64,000 nt of DNA from Lingula anatina. Its lineage: Eukaryota > Animalia > Brachiopoda. Of this stretch, positions 1 through 10,461 are shown one piece after another; within the stretch, counting starts at the first letter, position 1; every line of letters starts with the position of its first letter. Where the stretch lies: assembly GCA_051362555.1 (NCBI GenBank), contig CM120642.1, forward strand, positions 30,690,001-30,754,000, in the 5' to 3' direction. Made by a program: the position numbers and the translations under genes. The notes under the pieces were generated by a model. The model had not been told where the DNA came from and made no database searches. It was given only the letters and a program-made list of their open reading frames with translations.

Positions 1-14
1 TAAAAATTACTTAA

Positions 15-273
15 AGGTATAACAAGTGTTCGTTTTGACAAAAAGGGATTTTTTTGTGATAATATCTCAAGAGAATATTCTTAAGAGATTATTACGGAGG
101 CATAAACATCTACGAATTAATTAAGGTCCACATGGTTTGATGACAAGCACAGATTCCAGAATAATTGCGATTACCGCTGTTTTTGTGGTAAAATGGAATA
201 TAGGCCTATTATATGAGTTCTTTACGATGTTTTTATTGTGAAGTATGAATCTCATACGAACAGTTGTTACCCC
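15..273. mobile_element. Non-autonomous DNA transposon, Kolobok-like (TTAA flanks); diverged inverted copy of the element at 41368-41704
   Basis: Flanked by TTAA at 11-14 and 274-277. Imperfect terminal inverted repeats (aggtataacaagtgttcgt / acgaacagttgttacccc). The interior is the reverse complement of the 41368 element, e.g. tttttgtggtaaaa vs ttttaccacaaaaa and tttttattgtgaa vs ttcacaataaaaa. Confidence 0.65.
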
Positions 274-351
274 TTAAAACCTTATACAGTAGAATACCCC
301 ATACTGTTTTAATTCGAATTTTAAACCACCATAGGCTTTTTTAATTCCCAG

Positions 352-3300
352 GCATTCAAAAAGGGGATGTACAGCTCAAAATATCTTTGGATAAAAGCGC
401 CCAGTCCTGTCTTGAACATGTGGGAGTTCTACGGCCGCGGGGATGTCCCGAGTGACTGCACGGCGCAGGAAGTGGTGTCCAGCATGGAAGGCGATGTTCA
501 CCTGTGGGTGCAGGATCTTCTCGATCTGGATGCAGAACCAGAGTTGAAAGACACGGTGTCGGGACGGGTAATTGTGATAGTTTTCTCTTCGACGACTATT
601 TACATGATTGACATCAGTCTGGCTAACATGTGCCTTTAAGTTAAAAAGTTTTAAAATAGTAAATAAAGTAAATAAATGAATAAATATTGTACGGTGTAGG
701 CTCCACATAGATCTACCAGTTTCGACCAATATGCGTTTTTCATTTCAAAATCCAGAGTTGAAACAATGCGCATAGCCATATTCAGTGCAACATGTCGCTT
801 CTCACCTGACACATCAAACGCAATTTTACCTACTCGCATACCATTGCTCGACCCGTCCCTGCACTCGTATTCGATGTTTTAATCCATTTTAATCTAATGG
901 TTTAGTACTTACTAAATAGCCAGTTATTTAGAACGCCATGTCTTTCTCTTCATTTCAGAAGGAACTAACAACGTCAGTGCCAGTACTTTTATTTTATTTG
1001 AGAGGTTATGTAATTTTTAAGGTCTGAAGTGGGGAAAAATTACTGGCTTTGCAGGATATATAGACGTTAAAAACATGACTTTGGGGAATTTATAAGCGTG
1101 TCCAATATACCTTTTAGTACAGTTTGAATATAATGGATAGTACATGTATAATGAATGAAACATATATTACGATATTTTACTGTTATAGGATGCAAAGGCA
1201 TTTGTAGACGACATAAGGTCCAGCACACCTTTCGGCTTCCGTGACGCCATCCTGACGCAGAGTTACGACGCAATATGGTCCATAGCGCTGGCTTTGAATA
1301 ATTCTCTGCCAGCGTTACCAGGGAATCCCGGGACCAAAATGGAACGGCTGTACGGCCGCGGTGCCTCCGAGATTATCAGCAGTGAGATGAAGAAAATGAA
1401 GTTTACTGGTCTGTCGGTAAGTTGAACACTGTGCTCATGGTATCTTTTATATACTGCCGGTATCATACGCTTGTCAACGGTAAGGCGACGGTTTTCTTAA
1501 TGCTCTGATGCATACTGGTGACGCCTGTGTGTGGGTTTTAAGGCGGTTTGATACGGTATAGGACTTTTTTCTTTTAAGTTCGTGGGAATGAACATTGTCA
1601 CAATTTGAGATAATGCTGGCACATCAAAAGTACATCAGGGTGAATTTGCTAATTTTAGCTGATGACGTGAGAGCAGCGTTTTTGGGTAAAACTTTAATAT
1701 AGCTTTCAGATAGATCTCTCTCACCTGAACAGCTGCAGCTAACAACAAGCTATTTTGCCAAGAGTCACTTTTGAGAGTCATATCGGCATTTATGTTTTAT
1801 CGAACCCACCTGACGTAAAAAAAATTTCCTCCAAGTCTAATTATGTCATATCTTGTGGCAAAACGTCGATTTTTCTCAAACGGATGTCAAGTTGATCTTA
1901 AAGTGCATAAATGTGTATTAGCTGGCCAATATAACGGATTCCTGTTATATCGATTCAGCACTAGAGAACAATCAAAGATTAGCGATGTCATTTTATCGAA
2001 TTTTGTATAGAAATGCTGGAGTGCTGGATCTACAAATTAAAATTCGAGAACTAGCGTTTACCCTGGCTGATTCCCTTTAACACATTATTTTAACTATAGG
2101 GTCATGTGGCATTCAAAGCATCTGGAGACCGAGAAGGTGACATCGTGATACAACAGGTCATCAGTAAGTACTTCAATGAAACGTTTTGTCACACCAGTTT
2201 TCGTAATAATATCTAACGCAGTTACATCGGAGAGCGAGCACTATCTCTCATAAATTACAAACCAGCCAAATGATCAGCCACTTAATGCAGCATGGCTTTA
2301 AGAAGCTAGCGTGAGAATTATGGAATCTAAATATTGACAGTCTGAACCTGTATTAATAGATTTAGACATTATTTACTCAATATGTTCATGTAGCATTTGA
2401 TACAACTGGAGGTCGGGAAGGTGACATCGTGATACAACAGGTTATCAGTTACTACTTACTTGAAGAAGCTGATTGACGTGAGAATTTTGAAATCTCAACC
2501 TTGGCAGTCTCAACCTGACTTCAGATTATCCTTTAAAAATTAGAGACCCAAAATTTGATCTTCGGGAGACATTTCACCAATTTAACTCTGTAGAAAAGAC
2601 CACTTTTGCGCCAAAGTCCTCTACTCTATAAACACGCCTTCAGCCAGCAATGATACATATAAAACAACGATAGATAATGCAGTTATTTTCCTCAATCATA
2701 GAGCTCTAGTATTGAAATTGTTGTTTATGTAATGTTAGTAGTTGACAGCCACGAGTGAATGAGGAGCGGGGGTGTTTTGTAGAGTAGATGAGTTGTTTGA
2801 CATGCTCTTATGGTAGGTTATACAACTGCGTGTAATGTAAACAGAAAGAAAGCCGCTAGAGATTGCATGAGGTAGAGATAAAAATGGAAAGAAAGGGGCG
2901 CGGGAACCAACTGGAAAGTAGTTGATAAATAAAATGAAAGATTATAACAGAGTAACAGCAAAACATAAAGACAACAACTTCGTCACATAATTTACTACCA
3001 TTTTTTCAATAACTTAGATAGCCTCATTCCCTGGTGAAGGTGCGCTGACTAGACATCTAAATATTGGAGTTTCAATACTAGCTGCTAATGAAGAAAAAAA
3101 ACACTGCTTTATTCTTGGTGCATATCATTTTTCAATTTCTTTTCTGAAATGATAAATGATATCTTCATTTACAGACGGCACTATTGAGAGTCACATCGCA
3201 GTGTCTCACGAAGAGAATGGAGAAAGAACTCTCATATTTGAAATGTCCGACAAAGAGATATGGCAGTCTAAAGGTGAGTGATAAGATTATACACTGAAGA

Positions 3301-4016
3301 AAACCTAGCATCGTGGGCAAAGTTAAATATCACGCCAAAGCACACAATCCATGAGGGTGCTCTGTCAGTTTAAGGGTGGAAGGAACATTATTCTCTACGT
3401 TAGCTAACGAAAACAAAAACCGTCCGTGGGACGGTTGGCTAGGGGTTTAAGGGTTTCTGTCCTCACTACCAGACTAACAGGAACGGAAAGTAGTTTTTCC
3501 AATAATATCAAAGTGTAAGATAGCTAAAAACTAGATTAAAAAAAAAAATGTCCATCAGGAGTTCTTTTGTCATCTGGTCGTCTAGTTGAGGGCAAGGTGT
3601 GAGTATGATACATACGCTTTATTGCACACATTTTACATCAACCACTGACCGTTTTGACTGTTTTGAGATGTATGTATACCAAACGGTGGCAATTAGGCCC
3701 TATCTGTATTGGAGGTTTTTTGTGCATTCATACCCTTGTAGGCCATACCTTCTTATTCAACATTAAATATTTAAAAACATTTAGATATTAAAAGTAATTT
3801 TGTCATTTGCAAATATTAGCCTGAGAATCGGGGTATTGAAAAGAATGGTCATTGTCCAGTGTGTGATTCCATTTTCCCGCCATTAAAATTTCAGGTGGAG
3901 TGAAGCCTGTGGACCTAGTCACAGGATCCGGAGGCGCACTACTTCCCACAAGGCTCTGCGTAGTTGCTCTGGCTACCAGTTCTTTGCTCACCGTCATGGC
4001 AGCGGTTCTACCCTGA
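352..4016 (+). CDS. GABA-B-receptor-like Venus flytrap (ANF_receptor) protein, 3' exons only; ends in a hydrophobic GPI-signal-like tail, no 7TM
   Basis: Phase-consistent GT-AG exons 352-567, 1189-1416, 2100-2163, 3175-3273, 3895-4016. They translate AFKKGMYSSKYLWI...DCTAQEVVSSMEG...TVSGR / ...SYDAIWSIALALNNS...FTGLS / GHVAFKASGDREGDIVIQQVI / ...EIWQSK / GGVKPVDLVTGSGGALLPTRLCVVALATSSLLTVMAAVLP*. YDAIWxxALALN and FxGxSGxVxFxxxGDR are GABA-B ectodomain hallmarks. The 5' exons lie upstream of the window. Confidence 0.85.
2384..2447 (+). pseudogene. Degenerate tandem duplicate of exon 2100-2163
   Basis: Reads VHVAFDTTGGREGDIVIQQVI vs GHVAFKASGDREGDIVIQQVI. The acceptor AG is lost (tat|g instead of tag|g) and the donor is weakened (gttact vs gtaagt). 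Flanking intron is also duplicated (2297-2350 vs 2461-2518). Confidence 0.7.
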
Positions 4017-4618
4017 AACCAGTCTATTAGTTAGATCTAGGCCTACTGGCATGAACTATCTTAGTTACTGATGCTTACCGCTAATATTACAATGATTCTC
4101 TAAATGTGTTTGACATTAATTTGCTCACTACCGTTTTGTACAAAATATACTTATTCATATGGTGAGACTGTAAATTAGACAGGTGTTGTGTTTTGTTTTA
4201 GGATATATAGTTATCCCATCTTTTACGTATGCAAAAGCCCAAGTTTTTTTATAAAATAGACAAAAAAAATTACACAGCAAATACTTCTTCTGTTTGCAAA
4301 CCAGAACGCTAGATCTACACCCCTATTATCAATGACGTGATACAATATCAAAATGTGAGCAAACATATAACTGAACATGCTAGATATAGGCCTATTCTTA
4401 TGGATGATGTGTATTTTTTTCTTTTTTTCTTTTTTTTCACTGAAATCAGAATAGGATTTTCAGTTGCCTCTTGTTTATCATTTTCACTTTCAGTACTTGT
4501 CATGCGTTTAAATCAAAGGCGTAATAACCTACTCTAGACGTTCGGGTGTTTAGTTAATCGTGTAATACTTAATACTTAATTCAAATTAGACCAGTTTAAA
4601 AGTATGCCTACATATTCG

Positions 4619-6070
4619 TTAATAATAATTCGTACCTTTTAATATATCGTTCAGTTCATCACTCTCAGAAGCTCCACAGAACTGCTGCAAATGTTCCAAT
4701 CTCTTCTTTGCTCTGGCTTCAAGCTCTGTCATTTTATTTCTGTGAGCGATGTCTTGTGCGGCATGAGCATATTGTCGTGAACGTTCGTACCTTCGTTGCC
4801 TGAAGCAAAGATCACTCAGCGCCAATTTGTAGTAAGGTTCCAAAAGGCCTGGAACGCCATAATCTGAATTTTCAACCTTATGGAGAAGATTCTCCGCCGC
4901 TTTTATGTCCTCAAAACTACTTGGAATATTCCGCATTGTTACACTGTCACAGCTAAGATGGAGAAGCGCTTTGCGAATGGACGTGTTATTATACCCGTGG
5001 GGACCGTCAATGCCCTCCTCGGCGGAAAAGTCTTCTAGAGCGTGGTTAAAACAATTGTGACACTCATCTTCGAGTATTTTGAAAGTCTCTGGGTTCTCAC
5101 TTTGGTCTGTCTCCCACAGTTTACGTGCTCTGTATAAACCTACGCACATATTTATCCAACCAGCCGTTCTTCCTTTAAGTAACTGCTCAGAAACTCGCAC
5201 TGCTCTCAAAGCAGAATTCACGAAATCTTCTTTCAAATCGGGCGTTGCTCTTACGGTATAGTGTAAAGCGGGAATCATTTTACTTATCTCGAAATAATTC
5301 CGGTCAGATGTGTGAGGTATTATACCGTCCATTGTGTCCAGCAGCATTTTTGCTTTTTCAACTTCATCGTGGTATAAGCTATCTTCAATTTGAAGATATA
5401 TCAAATAAAACTGAACATCTGGCTTAGCTAATTTTGGGAATGCAGCCGCGGGAGCGTTCAGCCATTGTGTCGTCTTTTCCACCAAATTGTTCAATTTAAT
5501 CCTTTCTCTTTGAGCTAGCAACTTACTTCCTTCATCATATATTTTCAAGATGAGAGCGTGCTCTTTGCGTTGAAAGGTCACGGAAATTCCCGGAACCAGG
5601 AACATTGTTGGCGCGAAAACTAGTGAGGTCTTACCAGCCAACTCTACCTCTCTAAGCGACGGCAACTTTGTTTTGTCGCGGATTAGAGTCGCCAAACGTC
5701 CATGGAAATCTTCATGCGTAAAACGGAGATAAGTAAATGATTTGAGTGAGATTGGCAAATCCTTTATTTTTATGTTCAAAATAACAGGAATTATCCATTC
5801 CCATGATTCACCTCTAGTTCCCAGCACGGTGTAAACAGTCATCGTGTATAGCTGAGAGGTTAGAAAGTTTTTAGAAACAAAGACGACCATTTTTTTGGAA
5901 TTCATAATTGCACGTTCAATATTTTGTAATTCTGACATCCCCGGTATGAAATCCCGTTTTCTGAACACACACGTGATACCGTCCCTTTCTAAATATTCCA
6001 ACACGTCGATCACCAAATCCTCGTCTTCCTCGCAGTAGTGGAGGAATGCGTCATACTTTGTCTCGGCCAT
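4619..6070 (-). CDS. Intronless TIR-domain protein with a C-terminal alpha-helical (TPR-like) domain, 483 aa
   Basis: N-terminal YDAFLHY, RDFIPG (BB loop), IERAIMNSKKMVVFVSKNFL, IIPVIL and LPISLKSFTYL are classic TIR motifs. An in-frame TGA lies just upstream of the ATG. The C-terminal about 310 aa consist of amphipathic helices (LALSDLCFRQRRYERSRQYAHAAQDIA). Confidence 0.9.
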   Translation of the reverse strand: MAETKYDAFLHYCEEDEDLVIDVLEYLERDGITCVFRKRDFIPGMSELQNIERAIMNSKKMVVFVSKNFLTSQLYTMTVYTVLGTRGESWEWIIPVILNIKIKDLPISLKSFTYLRFTHEDFHGRLATLIRDKTKLPSLREVELAGKTSLVFAPTMFLVPGISVTFQRKEHALILKIYDEGSKLLAQRERIKLNNLVEKTTQWLNAPAAAFPKLAKPDVQFYLIYLQIEDSLYHDEVEKAKMLLDTMDGIIPHTSDRNYFEISKMIPALHYTVRATPDLKEDFVNSALRAVRVSEQLLKGRTAGWINMCVGLYRARKLWETDQSENPETFKILEDECHNCFNHALEDFSAEEGIDGPHGYNNTSIRKALLHLSCDSVTMRNIPSSFEDIKAAENLLHKVENSDYGVPGLLEPYYKLALSDLCFRQRRYERSRQYAHAAQDIAHRNKMTELEARAKKRLEHLQQFCGASESDELNDILKGTNYY

Positions 6071-7499
6071 GCCACTTCAGGTGAATGTTCTTCCGCTAAT
6101 GTCTTAATTGCCTATATGATGTATTGTCCTCTGCTCGCACTTAACTGGCGGAAGTTGAGGCCTCCCCATCGCAAGCACTGTCATCAAGCAAACGCGGATT
6201 TCAGAGGTTAAGAAGCAGGTGTCTATTTCACGACGACCATGTCATTAAGTGCACTGTAGAATGATCCTCCAAATGCACTGATACTGAATGCCTCTTAGCC
6301 ATGTTTTGTTGTGTCACGATCAGCTATTTTCCCCAAACACTTTCTTCCGGTCTTGGAATGTTTAGGGCAAGAAGCCTTGCGATGAGGGGCCGTTGTTTTC
6401 TTTGCTGTATCGACATGCGACAAGTACGTGGTATCGAAGAACAAATACAATGATCAGCTCCCCGAGATAATGATTCGAACCCTCTCACTGCCTAGTTTTT
6501 TGATGAACGCGATTAATGCCAATTTAACACCCTTATATGTGCTTTTCACTTCGCACTTAGCTTGAGTAAAGTGGTTTATCGTAACTCAGGTTAACGCCTA
6601 AGTAAGCAGTATTCATTCACCAATACAGCGCACACATGCTTATTTAATGATTGTCATAATCAATAAGAAAAAATCCCAGTTTCGATACTAGTGTTACTAG
6701 TATTGTATGAAGGTTTGAACTGGTGCCAACTAATAAAATAATAGACAGGTGACGCAGTCCTTTCTACATTAATTACTTATGAAAATATCTATTGCTAGAC
6801 CTTACCAAGACGGTGTGAATGGGCCATTCAAAATAACTTTCGAATCGCGAAGTGTTAACACTATCATATGTACGGATTATGGCAAATATAATTGACATGC
6901 GTTGATTATTTTTGAGCTGATAGTTGTCTTAACTTAATCAATATCATGGTTCTACAGCCGAGGTGATGCTGTATAGTACTGAAGGCCAAGAAGCACGACA
7001 AAATCGCTTAAAGAACCTGTGATTTAACTATCACGGAATTGTAAACTTTGACATAAAACTTTAACGTACGTACGACGCAATATAACAAGTGAGAAAGCTT
7101 AAAATCTGAACTGTTAGTTGTTCGGATGGTATGACCTTGTATTTACGCATTTGTCGTTTATTTACTGGATTCTTTTTAACACTGCATTTCAGAATCCCGA
7201 GGTATAGATCCGTGGGATTGATCACGGTCAATAAATGAGAAGTCCTTCAATGGTAATACAAAGTGATAACGACAAATCACAACTTTAAGCAGCTGACAAA
7301 TTTTATTCGAATATGTTGCATACAATGAAGTGATAAAGTACAAATATCGCACTGCAAAAAAGTACAATACAACCGTCACGACTGCAACGGAACGACGCCT
7401 ACTTGGGTTCATCTAAAACTACTAGGTATGGAGGTATGTAGGACTATAGGAACTTTGCAGCACACGGGTTTTAGTTTTTCACTATGCCGCCATTGAAAA

Positions 7500-7676
7500 C
7501 AGGTGCGACAGGAATGGTACAGTGTAGGTAGTCCGCTAGGAACCGTAGTCCGTTGCCCTTTACTTTGTACGGGTGACACTCGACCCACATTTTCACGCCG
7601 TTTCTAACCCTAACTTGTGCTTATCACTTGGGGACCCCCAAATTTCATTCCTGGGACTACCATTCTTGTCACACTG
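7500..7676. mobile_element. Short TIR element (MITE), same family as 42899-43214
   Basis: Inverted ends caggtgcgacaggaatggta / taccattcttgtcacactg. Shares gtccgctaggaaccgta...ttactttgtac and ctaacc with the 42899 copy. Confidence 0.6.
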
Positions 7677-9542
7677 GCAATCCTTAACTGCAGAAGTCGC
7701 TTCCCGACAATGACTGTTTTTCAGTTCTTCTAACACATAATTTGACTACTTACGGTATACCTATCACATTACATATGCTGAACAATGTATTTATCTCGTA
7801 GAGTTGTGGCAAAATAAGTCGATAAAATAAAAATGAACTTTAAAAATTCCACAATAATTTGATACTTTTGATAGTCTAGATCGTGCGTTTTGTTTCTACT
7901 GCGCATACCAAAGAACGTGAAGACCTGCTAATCACAACCGTATTTTTCAGATAATTGAATTTTCATCTTACCACTTATCGGGATACATTTGCCCAAAAAA
8001 AGAACTCGTATCAATAAATGACATGGGTGTTGTGAATGCAGTGTCATTTTCTATGGATAATGTCCTTCAGTGAATTTTTACGTGTACGATGGGAAGCATG
8101 CGTTGAGAAACTGATATTTTTGACAAGTTTAAATCTGACCGATCAACATAAAGGCTTACATATACTGTCTGCTTTTACTAATCAAATGGATGGTTTTTAC
8201 ATGCCATATATTAGACCCAGGGCGTCTTAGCAACATGGTGTATTTGACAACATCTTTTATCGTTCAGAGGCGAAACGTTCATAGGCGATACAATAAATTT
8301 CATAGCTGTTAGCCAGTAAAAAGAAGTTTCAATAACATTTACATTCCAATGATGAATTCCAACATATTATTTGCCACAAGCGCGTTTTTAAATTGTCAGT
8401 TAACGTAATTTCCATAGTACAAAATTTAAAGCTTATAATATAAATATTGGTTTGCTGCACAATATACATTTACAAAACATGTACTATGTAATTCACAAAA
8501 CAGAGATACATTGCAATATTACACAATATTGAATGGCTACCTGACGTATGAATAGAATAATATCTCAGAGATGGAGTTATCTTTGGGACTAACGAGTTAA
8601 AATGTCACATTAAAATGTCACAGGCTATCATCTTCCTTATGTTGTTAATTTCTTAATGAACCCATTATTTCTATTTCTTTGCTTTTTACTTTGCATCTGA
8701 ACCATGTAAAAACTAAAACAATGTCTTTCATGCCTCCGAAAATTGTTCTCAAGCAAATAACCATGACAGTAGTACACGTTGTTCTAGTCTTGCTTCAAAA
8801 GTATAAGTACTTGTAAAATATAACCTATTCAACCCTAGTTAAAAAAAAAACCTTTCAAAACAAATTTCTGTTTCTTAACAAATCTAAATTTAAATACTTT
8901 TAAAGACTAATTATCAAAATTTTGCATCGACCTGCATAACTTTTCTTTGGAGATATTGTGTAATGAAACACTGGCAGTAAAAAGATATGTTAGTCTTACA
9001 TTCTGCAAGTGTAGCAGACAAGCAAGATGAGAAAACAAGGGAAAGGAATGAAAATTGATGTATGACATGATAGACATCAAATGCTTTAGCACAGTCAACC
9101 AACCAACAAACAACATCCTCCATTGAAAAACGACTGCAAATAAGGCCTGCTCTGCATTGCCAGTCTACAAACTGCCTATTTTTTTCCATATATATATAAT
9201 GTAATGTAACAGACACTGATGGATTAGCATGCTTACAACTACAGATATATTGTAGACCAAGCCATATACAGGAGTTTCCACGACTGTTATGATATCTCAA
9301 ACAACTTACGCACTTTATATCTAAATCTAGGTAGCACGGCTAACAGCATGGCAAAAATGAAAACAATTACAATACAATTTACTGTAAAGAATAAAAAAAA
9401 AAATGAGAGGTCAGAGTTATTACTACATACAAAGACACCATATGTATTCCATCTATAAATGCTCTAAATAAGCTAGGATTTCCAACCCTATAAAAACACT
9501 TTTATGAAGATGTAGAACTCCTCGTTTGGTTATTGTTGTTGT

Positions 9543-9722
9543 TTACAAAGTGACAACAGGGAAGTCGCCCAGGTCCTCGTCGCTGACTCCACTGCTGAAG
9601 TTTTTAGGATGTTTTACCTTCTGAATCAAGATCGACATGGAGGTGAGGTCGCCATCAGCCTTCTGAAGCTCTGAGATATCCTGCGCATAGCGGTTCTGGA
9701 AATCTAGCTTATTCTCGATAAT
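9543..9722 (-). CDS. DDAH: DDAH alternative terminal exon 5c (Ser at the nucleophile position)
   Basis: Acceptor ttttcccttttcataaag, phase 0. IIENKLDFQNRYAQDISELQKADGDLTSMSILIQKVKHPKNFSSGVSDEDLGDFPVVTL*. Ser codon at 9641-9639. Confidence 0.85.
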   Translation of the reverse strand: MIENKLDFQNRYAQDISELQKADGDLTSMSILIQKVKHPKNFSSGVSDEDLGDFPVVTL

Positions 9723-10427
9723 CTTTATGAAAAGGGAAAAGAAAAAATAGTGTTGTAAGAAAAAAACTCTTGTTGATGAAGTTAAATATGCTGATAAATG
9801 TAAAATAGATTTTCGTAAATTAAAACAAGAAACTTTGAAGAACTGCTGTCTTAATCTTATAAAGTTATATTAAATACTATCTTAATATATCTAATTAATT
9901 CATCAAGACTTCCAAAGACCTAAATATTACAAATAACATAACTTGAAGGTCTAATAATTTACTACAGTCAAATATGGAACATTACACATGTGGAGAGGGG
10001 GGGGGGGGGGGGGCACAATAAATAGAATGCAAAAAAGAAAATGGTTACCAGCAGGTTATTCAACCAAAATACTTATGGCCCAAAATAAATCAGACTCGGG
10101 GGGAAAATTCCTTTCACCATAAAATAATTACGCTCAAAAATTGACCAAAGCAAGCAAGTCAACCCACATTTCAAAGCTTTAAATAGTTGTTTAAATAAAA
10201 AAAAGCAATCCATTTGTTTCAATAAAAACAGGTTAAATCAAGATTTCCATTGCACAACACACTGCTTACTTCCTATACCAAAACACTCATCCAAAAACCA
10301 AATAAAAAGCATGCTAATGAAATGGCACACGTTCAACACTATACCACACAAATTCATCTCTTCCAAACTCTTCTTTAGTGCATTCTTTACCACAAACTGA
10401 TATCCAAGAACTCATTCCACTCACACA

Positions 10428-10461
<34 letters not shown>

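Noticed and set aside
1537-2080. Possible TTAA-flanked transposon in the Venus-flytrap gene intron
   Set aside because: The candidate terminal inverted repeats match too poorly to call.
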